From Dehalococcoidia bacterium (GTDB lineage Bacteria; Chloroflexota; Dehalococcoidia; Lucifugimonadales; UBA3495), in the NCBI GenBank assembly GCA_965249145.1, contig OZ252223.1, positions 585,757 to 649,756 of the forward strand: 64,000 nucleotides of DNA. The letters run 5' to 3'. Shown in pieces: positions 47,598 through 56,151 of the stretch. Each line of letters starts with the position of its first letter. Position 1 is the stretch's first letter. The notes beneath the pieces are model-generated. The model made no database searches. It had not been told where the DNA came from and worked only from the letters and a program-made list of their open reading frames with translations. A program made the translations under genes and the position numbers.

Positions 47598-48611
47598 CTA
47601 GCTGGCCAGCACTTCCTTCAGGGCGTCGTCCACGAACTTGGCGTCGGGCGGGTTGAACCCTGGCCCGCCTGCCAAATGCCCCCAAATCGACTCGATGGGC
47701 CGGAACTCGGCGTTGGGCATGTGGGCGACCTCGTATTCGTTATCCTCGGGAGGGAAGTAGAGGTCGGTGCGGCCCGGCATCACCATGGCCTTGGCCTTGA
47801 TCGCCCCCAGGGCCCGCTCGAAGTCGTGCTTGTAGACCTCGTTGGCGCTGATGTCGCCGTTCTGCCAAGTCCAGATCATGGCCAGCAGATCGTTGGCGTC
47901 GGCCCCCAGCCGCCGCCCCTCCCAGAAGGCCACCAAATAGTCCTCCAAGGAAGAATAACCGATGTCCAGATACACCTCCTCCCGGTAGAACGCCTGCGAC
48001 ACCGCCCAACCAGCGTAGACCCGCCCCATCGCCCGCAATCCCTTGGTCGGCGGCTTCTCGTACCAGCCGCCCGCCCAAGCGTCGTCGGCGGTGAGGGCGG
48101 CTTTCACGCCCTCCAAGAACACGAAGTTGTGTCGCGAGGTCTTCGCCGAGCCGCAGATGGGTGCGATCCTCTCCACCATGTCCGGGTACAGGCTGCCCCA
48201 CTGGTAGGTCTGCTGCGCCCCCATCGACCAGCCCACCACCATCACCAGCTTCTCGATGCCGAACAACTCAGTCACCAGCCGGTGCTGGCTGGTCACGTTG
48301 TCGTACAAACTCACCCCCGGAAACCGGCCCCGGTCGTAGGGCGAAGGGGTGTTGCTGGGCGACGAAGACAGCCCGTTCCCCATCATGTTCGGGATGACGA
48401 TGAAGTACCGCTCCGGGTCCAGAGCCTGCCCCGGCCCGATGATCGCCTCGTTCTGATAGTGCTGCCCGCCAAAAAAAGTCGGGTAAACGATGGCGTTGTC
48501 CTTGGCGGCGTTGAGCCGCCCGTAGGTCTTGTAGGCGATCTTCGCGCCCCGAAGCGTGGCCCCGCACTGGAGTACAAGGTTGCCCAGCTCGAAAATTTGG
48601 TAGTCGGTCAT
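47598..48611 (-). CDS. homoserine O-acetyltransferase-like (MetX family) alpha/beta hydrolase
   Basis: VVGWSMGAQQTYQW (GxSxG), AYKTYGRLN. GGGAGG lies 7 nt before ATG 48611. Confidence 0.7.
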   Translation of the reverse strand: MTDYQIFELGNLVLQCGATLRGAKIAYKTYGRLNAAKDNAIVYPTFFGGQHYQNEAIIGPGQALDPERYFIVIPNMMGNGLSSSPSNTPSPYDRGRFPGVSLYDNVTSQHRLVTELFGIEKLVMVVGWSMGAQQTYQWGSLYPDMVERIAPICGSAKTSRHNFVFLEGVKAALTADDAWAGGWYEKPPTKGLRAMGRVYAGWAVSQAFYREEVYLDIGYSSLEDYLVAFWEGRRLGADANDLLAMIWTWQNGDISANEVYKHDFERALGAIKAKAMVMPGRTDLYFPPEDNEYEVAHMPNAEFRPIESIWGHLAGGPGFNPPDAKFVDDALKEVLAS

Positions 48612-48688
48612 TGACATGCCTCCCTTGACCGGTTTGACTGTTTCCGGCGGACTCCAATCAGCCACGCAAAAAGGAGCCTGGTCCGTTG

Positions 48689-49420
48689 ATGGATTTTAGC
48701 CGCTTCGAATGGCTGACCTTCGACTGTTTCGGCACCCTCGTCGATTGGGAGACCGGCATCTCCGACGCGGTGAGGGAAGTCCTGGCCCACCGGGGTGTGG
48801 ACCTCTCTCAATCCGAAGTCCTGGCCCTCTTCGCCGAGCTGGAACCGCAGGTCCAGACCGGCGGCTCCGGCTTCCTGGACTACCGCGGTGTGCTCCGCCG
48901 CGTAATGGGTCTGATGGTCGACCGTCTCGGCCTGGGCCTCACCGGACCGGAACTGGAGCGGCTACCGGACAGCCTGGGGGACTGGCCTGTGTTCCCCGAC
49001 ACCGTCTCGGCGCTCCAGGCGCTGAAGGCCCGCTACCGGCTGGCCATCATATCCAACGTGGACGACGACCTGTTTGCCGCCACCGCCCGGAACCTGGCCG
49101 TGGACTTCGATGCGGTCGTGACCTCCAGGCAGGTGGGCAGCTACAAGCCAGACCTCCGCAACTTCCATGCCGCCCAGGAGCGGATGGGCGCGGAGAAGGA
49201 GCGCTGGCTGCACGTGGCCGAAAGCCTGTACCACGACATCACCCCAGCCAACACCCTGGGCATCGCAACGGTCTGGGTGAACCGCAGCCAAAACCGGAAA
49301 GGAGCCGGGGCTACCCGGCCAGCCACTGGCCAGCCGGACCTAGAGGTCCCGGACCTGGCAACGCTGGTGGCCACGATAGACCTCGGGTCAGTGGGCCGAG
49401 AGGCGGCTTCGTCAGGGTAG
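48689..49420 (+). CDS. HAD-superfamily hydrolase (haloacid dehalogenase type II-like)
   Basis: TFDCFGTLVDWE (DxxGT), ISNVDD, SYKPD. Confidence 0.8.
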   Translation: MDFSRFEWLTFDCFGTLVDWETGISDAVREVLAHRGVDLSQSEVLALFAELEPQVQTGGSGFLDYRGVLRRVMGLMVDRLGLGLTGPELERLPDSLGDWPVFPDTVSALQALKARYRLAIISNVDDDLFAATARNLAVDFDAVVTSRQVGSYKPDLRNFHAAQERMGAEKERWLHVAESLYHDITPANTLGIATVWVNRSQNRKGAGATRPATGQPDLEVPDLATLVATIDLGSVGREAASSG

Positions 49421-49450
49421 AAGGGATGCGCTCGTTTTTGCTCAATTGGT

Positions 49451-50704
49451 TCATGCTGGCAGCTCGGGCCATCGGTCCTGCCTCAACATTTCCTCAACGC
49501 TAATTATTTGCATCTTCGGATAATCTTTCGGAGTATTCTCCTCGGCGGCCAGTGTCACTCGGCCTTGGTCCCGGGCGAACTGTTGAAGGGAATCGGATGA
49601 CCGGTAGAGGGTCACCATAACCGCCATTGGGGCGAACCACCCCTGCTGCTGCATCGAGGTTTGTACTCCCAACAGATTACTCATATCCCCGCGTCCAATC
49701 CGGCTCCCGTGGAGTTGTACTCGTATCGGGATGACAACTTGCTGGTTGACCGCCAAGTCTTTGGGACCGTAGTAGATGGTGTCGAACGGACCGTCTCCTA
49801 CTACGACGTCATTCGGCTTTGCGCTAAGGAGCCGTGCCACTTGATTCTCAGCCCAAGCCCGCCCTACATAACCGCCCGCGGAATCGTCCTGTGGCATTGA
49901 AGCCCTGTGCTCGATTTCCTCCCAAGTGATCGTCGCTCCTCTCACATCGTTTCGTTCATTCCCAGCCTGTGCGATTACCGCCGCGACCTCGGACTGCTGG
50001 GGCCCCACGCCGGGGGTCCCTAGCTGTGTGGTTGCCGCGGCAACCTCGGCCTGCTGGGGCCTCAAGTTGGGGGGCCTTTGCTGTGTGGTTTCCGCCGCGA
50101 CCTCGGACTGCTGGGGCCCGGTTTCCGCGGCAACCTCGGCCTGCTGGGGCCCCAAGTTGGGGGGCCTTTGCTGTGTGGTTCCCGTAGTGACATCCGGCCG
50201 CCGGAAGGCCGTTTTGGCGGCCTTTTGCTGTGCGAGTTCCCCGAAGTGCTTCGACAGCCGGGAGCCCAAACTCGCCTGTCGGAATCCCAGTCTAGAGCCC
50301 CCTTTCCGAAGGTAGCCCCCTTTCCGAAGGTAGCCCCCTTGCCGAAGGTTCGTATACCCCCATCCAGAGTCCTCTTCCTGAATGGACTTATATATCCATC
50401 CAATCGTGACGATCACGAGAATGGAAATCAACGTGACTCCCGGGCTTATGAGGAAACCCATGAGCATGGCAATCCCGAATCCGCAAAACACTGCGGCATT
50501 CTCGTGACCCGTCCTGAACAACCATGTCGAGACCCATAAACCGGGTAACCCCATAAAGGCCAATACCCTCAATCCCCACGGGACATCAGGAATCGCGAGC
50601 GCCGTTATGATGATGACGGACCAAATCAGGAATAGGAGTCTTAGTCTGTACCTTAGTCTGTTCGAAGCCATCGGTTGCCACGTGTCCCCCTTAGTTGAGA
50701 CCAA
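49451..50704 (-). CDS. membrane-anchored repeat protein with a possible degenerate Mrr/PD-(D/E)xK-like C-terminal domain (start uncertain)
   Basis: 3-4 N-terminal TM helices, GGYLRK repeats, four PQQ(A/S)EVAA repeats, and a C-terminal domain ...GPFDTIYYG...IPIRVQLHGSRIGRGDMSNLLG...MQIISVEEML. Lower GC at both ends. Confidence 0.5.
   Translation of the reverse strand: MVSTKGDTWQPMASNRLRYRLRLLFLIWSVIIITALAIPDVPWGLRVLAFMGLPGLWVSTWLFRTGHENAAVFCGFGIAMLMGFLISPGVTLISILVIVTIGWIYKSIQEEDSGWGYTNLRQGGYLRKGGYLRKGGSRLGFRQASLGSRLSKHFGELAQQKAAKTAFRRPDVTTGTTQQRPPNLGPQQAEVAAETGPQQSEVAAETTQQRPPNLRPQQAEVAAATTQLGTPGVGPQQSEVAAVIAQAGNERNDVRGATITWEEIEHRASMPQDDSAGGYVGRAWAENQVARLLSAKPNDVVVGDGPFDTIYYGPKDLAVNQQVVIPIRVQLHGSRIGRGDMSNLLGVQTSMQQQGWFAPMAVMVTLYRSSDSLQQFARDQGRVTLAAEENTPKDYPKMQIISVEEMLRQDRWPELPA
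49975..50195 (-). repeat. in-frame coding repeats (four copies of a roughly 27-nt core CCGCGRCAACCTCGGMCTGCTGGGGCC)
   Basis: Cores start near 49979, 50034, 50091 and 50123. They encode GPQQ(A/S)EVAA(E/A)T. Confidence 0.8.
50297..50350 (-). repeat. 18-bp tandem repeat x3 (GCCCCCTTTCCGAAGGTA)
   Basis: 50297-50314 equals 50315-50332. The third copy has 2 mismatches. Encodes GGYLRK units. Confidence 0.9.
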
Positions 50705-50847
50705 TTATACTGCTACACCGCAAATTACCCGAACAAATGTATTGATACGACGACGCTCGATCAATTGACTCCAACACGGGCAGCTTTTAGACTGCCTTCG
50801 CCGGCACGGCCTCCCGCGTCCGGCTCCCCATTTCGGAGGTGACGGAC

Positions 50848-51975
50848 ATGGCAGGCGACCCGGTCAATATTTTCGAGTTCGAGGACATCGCCCGCGAGCG
50901 GCTGGAGAAGGGCCATTACGACTTCATCGCTGGCGCCGCCACCGATGAGATTACCCTCCGCCGCACCCGCGCCGTCCTCGACTCCATCAACCTCCGCCCC
51001 AAGATGCTCACGGACATCAGCGAGCGCGACCTCAGCACCACCGTTCTAGGCCAGCGCATCTCCTTCCCCGTCATGCTCGACCCCGCCGGCAACCACGAGG
51101 CGGCCCACCCCGACGCCGAGCTCGCCACCGCCCGCGCCGCCGGGGCCGCCGGGGCCGCCGGCACCGTGATGGTGCTCAGCTCTCACGCCGCCCGCACCCT
51201 GGAGGACGTCGCCGGCGTCTCCACCGGCCCCCTGTGGTTCCAGCAATACCTCTTCAAGGACCGGGGCCTCACCCTGGAGATGGCCGCTCGGGCCGAGGAA
51301 GCTGGCTACAGCGCCCTCTGCATCACCGTCGACGCCAAGATTAAGCCCAAGCGCGAGCGCAACATCCGCAACGACTACGTCGGCGCTCCCTCCCCCAACT
51401 ACGCCCAAATCGACGTCGACCTCGGCTCCCACTCCTGGAAGTTCGCCGCCGACGCCCCCGCCGGGCCCATGGACATCCGCGACTCCGCTGCCACCTGGGC
51501 CGACGTCGACTGGCTCGCCGCCAACGTCCGCCTCCCGGTGGTCATCAAGGGCATCATGATCGGCGAGGACGGCCGGCACGCCGCCGACAACGGGGCCAAG
51601 GCGGTCATCGTCTCCAACCACGGCACCCGCTACCTGGACACCACCTTCACCACCATCGAGGCGCTACCTGAGATAGTCGAGGCCGCCGACGACAAAATCG
51701 AGGTCTACATGGACGGCGGCATTCGCCGGGGCACCGACATACTAAAGGCCCTGGCCTTGGGCGCCCGCGCCGTGCTCATCGGCCGCCCCCTTTTCTGGGG
51801 GTTGGCCGTCAACGGCGAGGCTGGCGTCTCGGCCGTCCTCGAAATGCTCCGCGACGAACTCGACGCCAGCATGGGCATGTGCGGCCGTCCCACCATCGAC
51901 AGCATCGACCGCGACGTCATCGGCACTGTATCCCCGCTCCTGGGGATGTTCCCGACCCAAGACTACCGAATTTAA
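50848..51975 (+). CDS. FMN-dependent alpha-hydroxy acid oxidase/dehydrogenase (LldD/glycolate oxidase family)
   Basis: ITVDAKIKPKRERNIRN, VSNHGTRYLD, DGGIRRGTDILKALALGA. GGAGG lies upstream of ATG 50848. Confidence 0.85.
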   Translation: MAGDPVNIFEFEDIARERLEKGHYDFIAGAATDEITLRRTRAVLDSINLRPKMLTDISERDLSTTVLGQRISFPVMLDPAGNHEAAHPDAELATARAAGAAGAAGTVMVLSSHAARTLEDVAGVSTGPLWFQQYLFKDRGLTLEMAARAEEAGYSALCITVDAKIKPKRERNIRNDYVGAPSPNYAQIDVDLGSHSWKFAADAPAGPMDIRDSAATWADVDWLAANVRLPVVIKGIMIGEDGRHAADNGAKAVIVSNHGTRYLDTTFTTIEALPEIVEAADDKIEVYMDGGIRRGTDILKALALGARAVLIGRPLFWGLAVNGEAGVSAVLEMLRDELDASMGMCGRPTIDSIDRDVIGTVSPLLGMFPTQDYRI

Positions 51976-51986
51976 GGAGGCGACCT

Positions 51987-52862
51987 ATGGCTACAGTAGG
52001 CACCGGCAGGTATACCTATACTGCGGAGGAAGACTGGGGCAAACTACCCGAGGGCGACACCTTCGCCATGGTCAGCGCCATCGCCACCGACTCAGAAGAC
52101 AGGGTTTATGCCTTTCAGCGCAAGGACCCGCCCGTCCTGATTTTCGACCCGGAGGGCAACCTGCAGGACTCTTGGGGCAACGGCTCCTTCGTCTTCGCCC
52201 ACGGCTTCTACATCGAAGACGACGTCGTATACGTCACCGACCGCGATACCTCGGTCTGTCTCGTGTATACCCTGGACGGCAAGCCAATCCAGATGCTCGG
52301 CCGCCACGGCCGCCACTCGGATACTGGTTGCGAGAACCCCGGCGACCTCGTGCCCCGCGCTGCCGGCCCCTTCAATTACCCCGCCGAGCTGGTGCCCGCG
52401 CCCAACGGTGAGCTCTACGTGGCCGACGGTTACCGCAACTCCCGCGTGCACCGCTTCACCGACGAAGGCGAGCTCATCCAGTCCTGGGGCCAGCCGGGAA
52501 AGTCCGAGGCCAACCACTTCCACCTGCCCCACAGTCTGATCGTGGACGGCGACCGGATCATCGTCTGCGACCGGGAGAACCACCGGATCCAGCTGTTCTC
52601 CCTGGACGGTGAGTTCATCCAGTTCTGGAACGACATCAAGCGGCCCATGGACATCTCCCGAGACTCGGAGGGCAACTTCTTGGTCAGCGAGGGCCAGGTC
52701 GACGACACTTCCGCCCGCATCAGCATCCTGGATGGCTCCGGCGGCGTGCTCTCGCGGTTCGATTGCCGCGGCTCCGGTCACGGCAGCTGGATCGACTCCA
52801 AGGGCGACATCTACGTCGCCGGAGTGCCCAACGCCATCGACAAGTTCGTCAGGCAAGGGTAG
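51987..52862 (+). CDS. NHL-repeat six-bladed beta-propeller protein
   Basis: YVADGYRNSRVHRF, IVCDRENHRIQLF, YVTDRDT. AAGGAGG RBS. The track ORF's first 36 aa overlap the lldD-like gene. Confidence 0.75.
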   Translation: MATVGTGRYTYTAEEDWGKLPEGDTFAMVSAIATDSEDRVYAFQRKDPPVLIFDPEGNLQDSWGNGSFVFAHGFYIEDDVVYVTDRDTSVCLVYTLDGKPIQMLGRHGRHSDTGCENPGDLVPRAAGPFNYPAELVPAPNGELYVADGYRNSRVHRFTDEGELIQSWGQPGKSEANHFHLPHSLIVDGDRIIVCDRENHRIQLFSLDGEFIQFWNDIKRPMDISRDSEGNFLVSEGQVDDTSARISILDGSGGVLSRFDCRGSGHGSWIDSKGDIYVAGVPNAIDKFVRQG

Positions 52863-52892
52863 ACAGACCTCGTCGCCCGTCCCGAGATCATG

Positions 52893-52922
52893 CGTAGGGG
52901 CGATCCGCGGATCGCCCCTACG
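52893..52922. terminator. perfect 30-bp palindrome (CGTAGGGGCGATCCG|CGGATCGCCCCTACG); possible bidirectional terminator or protein-binding site
   Basis: Read directly. 30 nt after the NHL gene stop, followed by GGTTTG (weak T tract). Confidence 0.4.
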
Positions 52923-52979
52923 GGTTTGCAACGGTCCCGTACACCGCCAGACAAATCTTCACCCGGACGGGGAGGCCCG

Positions 52980-53171
52980 ATGGAAGCAGCCAAGGAACGA
53001 CTTGAGCGCATAATGGAGACCCTGTCCGATGCGGAATGGAGCAACGCCCGGATAATCGACTCCCAGGAGGAGTACCGCATCCTCTACACCCTGATCGCCA
53101 CCAAACTCAGCGACGGCCGGATCTATTACTACGAGCCCGACGACGAAAAGTTCATCATGCTGAACCTCTGA
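52980..53171 (+). CDS. 63-aa protein of unknown function, tandem copy 1
   Basis: GGAGG RBS. MEAAKERLERIMETLSDAEWSNARIIDSQEEYRILYTLIATKLSDGRIYYYEPDDEKFIMLNL. Confidence 0.6.
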   Translation: MEAAKERLERIMETLSDAEWSNARIIDSQEEYRILYTLIATKLSDGRIYYYEPDDEKFIMLNL

Positions 53172-53227
53172 GGGTCAGTACGGCCCCACTACTGGTCAAC
53201 CAATCTTCAACCGGACTGGGAGGTCCA

Positions 53228-53419
53228 ATGGAAGCAGCCAAGGAGCGACTTGAGCGCATCATGGAAGCCCTGTCCGAGACGGAGTGGACTAACGCCAGGA
53301 TCATCGATTCCCACGAGGAGTCCCGCATCCTCTACACCCTTATCGCAACCAGCGTGGCCGACGGCGGCATTTACTACTACGAAGCCGACGACGAGACGTT
53401 CATTAAGCTGAACCTCTAG
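53228..53419 (+). CDS. 63-aa protein of unknown function, tandem copy 2
   Basis: GGGAGG RBS at the same spacing. 50 of 63 residues are identical to copy 1. The upstream leader is also duplicated. Confidence 0.6.
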   Translation: MEAAKERLERIMEALSETEWTNARIIDSHEESRILYTLIATSVADGGIYYYEADDETFIKLNL

Positions 53420-54927
53420 TCTGCGGCAGACCCCGCCTGCTGCGCTGGCTGTTGCCCCGTGCCTTTGCCACTCATCCGTTGGGCGTGGGACTTGTGGAAA
53501 GCGGCGATGACCGCGCCCGTCGCCATGATTCCCACCACCGCCAGAGCCGAAGTCTGGAACCCCTTCATGTAGAGCGCTTGGGATTCCTCCGCCAGCATAA
53601 GTCCGATGGCGGCAGGAAGGATAAGAGCCATGATGAACGAGGAGATGGTGGCGCCAGTGGCGTGGCCCAAGTCCCGGGTGGTCTCCATCATCCCCGACGC
53701 AAACCCCCGGTGTTGCGTGGGCAGCGTGCTCATCACGATGGCGTTGTTCACCGTGTTGAATATGTTGGTCCCTACCGAGATCGGGAACAACAGGAACGGC
53801 AGGTACCAGAAGGGGACCGCACCGGCGAACATCGCCATCAACACGAACCCGCAGGCAATCGACAGCATACAGGCGGTGCGGAGCAGCCGCGGGTTGTATC
53901 GGTCTTGAATGTTGCCGGCAAAGACCGGGAGCCACAATCCGAACGACTGGTGCGGTAGCAGGACCGCGATCACGAAGATCGGCGACTTCCCCAGCCCGTT
54001 TTCGATCATGACGGGCACCAAGATAGTGGTCGCCATCATCGACAAGTGGAACATGCTGTTCGAGACCAACGCCAATGAGAAATACTTCTCTTTGAAGTGG
54101 CGGAACTCCACGAAGGGATGTTCGATGCGCCGTTCCACGAAGATGAATACCACCAGCAGCGCCACGGTGAGCGCATGCATCGGCAAGTGGTAGAAGAGGG
54201 CGTCGCCGGAGATATAGGATTCTTCGCCACCGTGCAGATGGCTGCCGGAAAGCAGGAACACGGCGGCGGTGGCCACTAGCAGGACCGCCCCGATGTAGTC
54301 GATCGGCACGTTGCGCTCGCTGATCGACTCCGCGTTGCGCCGCAACACCGGCAGGCAGGTCTTGATCACGATCAGCCCGATGGGCAGCATGGCCAAGAAC
54401 ACCAGCCGCCAACTGGCGAACTCCAAGAATAGCCCGAATATGCCGATGCCAATGAAGCTGCCCATCCGGGAGCCGGTGATCGGGAAGGCGTAGGCCCTTC
54501 CCCGCTCTTCCGGCGGGAAGGCGAAGGCAAGCATCGCGTTGCCGTTGCCGTGAATCAGCCCCGCACCCAGTCCCTGTATTCCCCGGAAGATGATCACTTG
54601 GGTCAGGTCCTGAGCGACGACCACCATCACCGCGCCAACGGTGATGATGATGGTCCCGATGAAGAACACCTTGGGGTGCCCGAACCGGTCGCCCAAGCGC
54701 GCCCCGAGGAACACCGTGCTCCCCACAACCAGCAGGTTGACGATGACGATCCAGGCCGCGTCGGCGACCGAGTAGCCGAAATCTTCGGCAATGCTCGGCA
54801 GTGCAAGGGTGACCGGAAGGGTGGAGAGCTGCACTAGCAACTGGCCACCGGTCATGGCCGTGAGCACCTGGCGGCGCTCCGGGGAGTTCACCACTTCCTT
54901 GTAGTTGGCGATTATCCCGCGCATCAA
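53416..54927 (-). CDS. MFS transporter, 14-TM DHA2/EmrB-like
   Basis: 503 aa: GARLGDRFGHPKVFFIG, with 14 hydrophobic segments by eye. Confidence 0.8.
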   Translation of the reverse strand: MMRGIIANYKEVVNSPERRQVLTAMTGGQLLVQLSTLPVTLALPSIAEDFGYSVADAAWIVIVNLLVVGSTVFLGARLGDRFGHPKVFFIGTIIITVGAVMVVVAQDLTQVIIFRGIQGLGAGLIHGNGNAMLAFAFPPEERGRAYAFPITGSRMGSFIGIGIFGLFLEFASWRLVFLAMLPIGLIVIKTCLPVLRRNAESISERNVPIDYIGAVLLVATAAVFLLSGSHLHGGEESYISGDALFYHLPMHALTVALLVVFIFVERRIEHPFVEFRHFKEKYFSLALVSNSMFHLSMMATTILVPVMIENGLGKSPIFVIAVLLPHQSFGLWLPVFAGNIQDRYNPRLLRTACMLSIACGFVLMAMFAGAVPFWYLPFLLFPISVGTNIFNTVNNAIVMSTLPTQHRGFASGMMETTRDLGHATGATISSFIMALILPAAIGLMLAEESQALYMKGFQTSALAVVGIMATGAVIAAFHKSHAQRMSGKGTGQQPAQQAGSAAD

Positions 54928-55037
54928 CTATCACTGTAACCGATGGTAATTGAGCGTAATTTAACACTCTATTCACATAAGTTCCAGCGTTCCCGCTATA
55001 CTGGTATCGCAGTCCCTAATAAAGTTGGAGGGCTCCC

Positions 55038-56084
55038 ATGGCTACTAGCAAAGTCCGTTTGACCGAGCTGTCCCACTGCGCCGGTTGAGCGGGCAAGCTT
55101 AGCCAGCAGGACCTGGTCCAGGTCCTACAAAAACTGCCGATGGCGAGCCACCCCGACCTGCTGGTGGGCGCCGTCACCGGCGACGACGCCGCCGTCTACC
55201 GCTTGGACGACAATACCGCCTTGGTGGTGACGGTCGACTTCTTCACGCCGATCACCGACGACCCCTACGAGTTCGGCTCGGTCGCGGCCGCCAATTCGCT
55301 CAGCGATGTCTACGCCATGGGCGGCCGTCCGCTGGTCGCCCTGAACGTCGTTGGCTTTCCGGCCGCCCTGGCCGTCGACATGTTGGGGGACGTGCTGCGC
55401 GGCGGCTACGACAAGGCCGCCGAGGCCGGCTGCCTGATCGTCGGCGGGCATACCGTGGACGACAACGAACCCAAGTATGGTCTCTCTGTGGTGGGGCTGG
55501 TCCAGCCCGGGAAGCAAGTCACCAACGCCGGGGCCCGGCCCGGCGACGCGCTCGTGCTCACCAAGCCCATCGGCACTGGCATCATCACCACCGGCTGCAA
55601 GGCGGGCACCGCCCCATCCGAGGTGGTGCAAAATGCCGTGGCAACCATGGCCACCCTGAACCGCGCCGCTTCCGAAGCCATGATGCGGGTCGGCGTGAAC
55701 TCTTGCACCGACATCACCGGGTTCGGACTCATGGGCCACCTCACCTCCATGATGCGCGGCAGCGGGGTCGGAGCCACGGTCCGCCTGGGCGACGTCCCGG
55801 TCCTGCCAGGGGCCTGGGAGCTTCTGGAGCAGGGCACCGCACCCGGCGGTACCCACCGCAACCTCGCCGGGGTCCAAGACTACGTGGACTGGGACGCCGC
55901 AGTGGGCGGACTCGGCCAACTGCTGCTCTGTGACGCCCAGACTTCCGGCGGGCTGTTGATTTCAGTCGCCTCCGCCAAACTGCCGGATTTGTTGGCCTCG
56001 TTGGAGGACCTGGGCGTGGACACTCGCGCCGTGATCGGCGAGGTCACCGAAGGGCCTGCCGGTGTGGTCCGGGTCGTCGCCTAA
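55038..56084 (+). CDS. selD: selenide, water dikinase (selenophosphate synthetase), selenocysteine-containing (TGA 55086-55088 read as Sec)
   Basis: GGAGGG RBS, then ATG 55038. MATSKVRLTELSHCAG-U-AGKLSQQDLVQVLQKLP runs in frame into track ORF 55140..56084 (DDAAVY, AANSLSDVYAMGG, GGHTVDD). The TGA aligns with the catalytic Cys/Sec of the SHGAG(C/U)GCK motif. Confidence 0.85.
55108..55126 (+). promoter_or_regulatory. candidate SECIS hairpin downstream of the selD UGA
   Basis: AGGACCTGG-T-CCAGGTCCT near-perfect inverted repeat starting 19 nt after the UGA. Confidence 0.45.
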
Positions 56085-56151
56085 TTTGACAGTGCCAATG
56101 GCCCTGACTACCATGACGCACGGACAACGACGCCAACAGGCGAGGTAACGC

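Noticed and set aside
49975-50350. Repeats considered as a possible CRISPR array or minisatellite.
   Set aside because: The units are in frame inside a continuous 417-aa ORF, the spacers are themselves related, and there are no cas genes. They are coding tandem repeats.
51136-51162. GCCGCCGGG repeated about 3 times (AAGAAGAAG in the LldD-like protein).
   Set aside because: It is in frame and made of low-complexity GC-rich Ala/Gly codons in a loop region. This is ordinary slippage-prone sequence with no disruptive effect.
54928-55037. Promoter call in the AT-rich MFS-selD divergent spacer (TTCACA-19-TATACT).
   Set aside because: The 19-nt spacer is too long for confidence, and alternative hexamers are equally weak.
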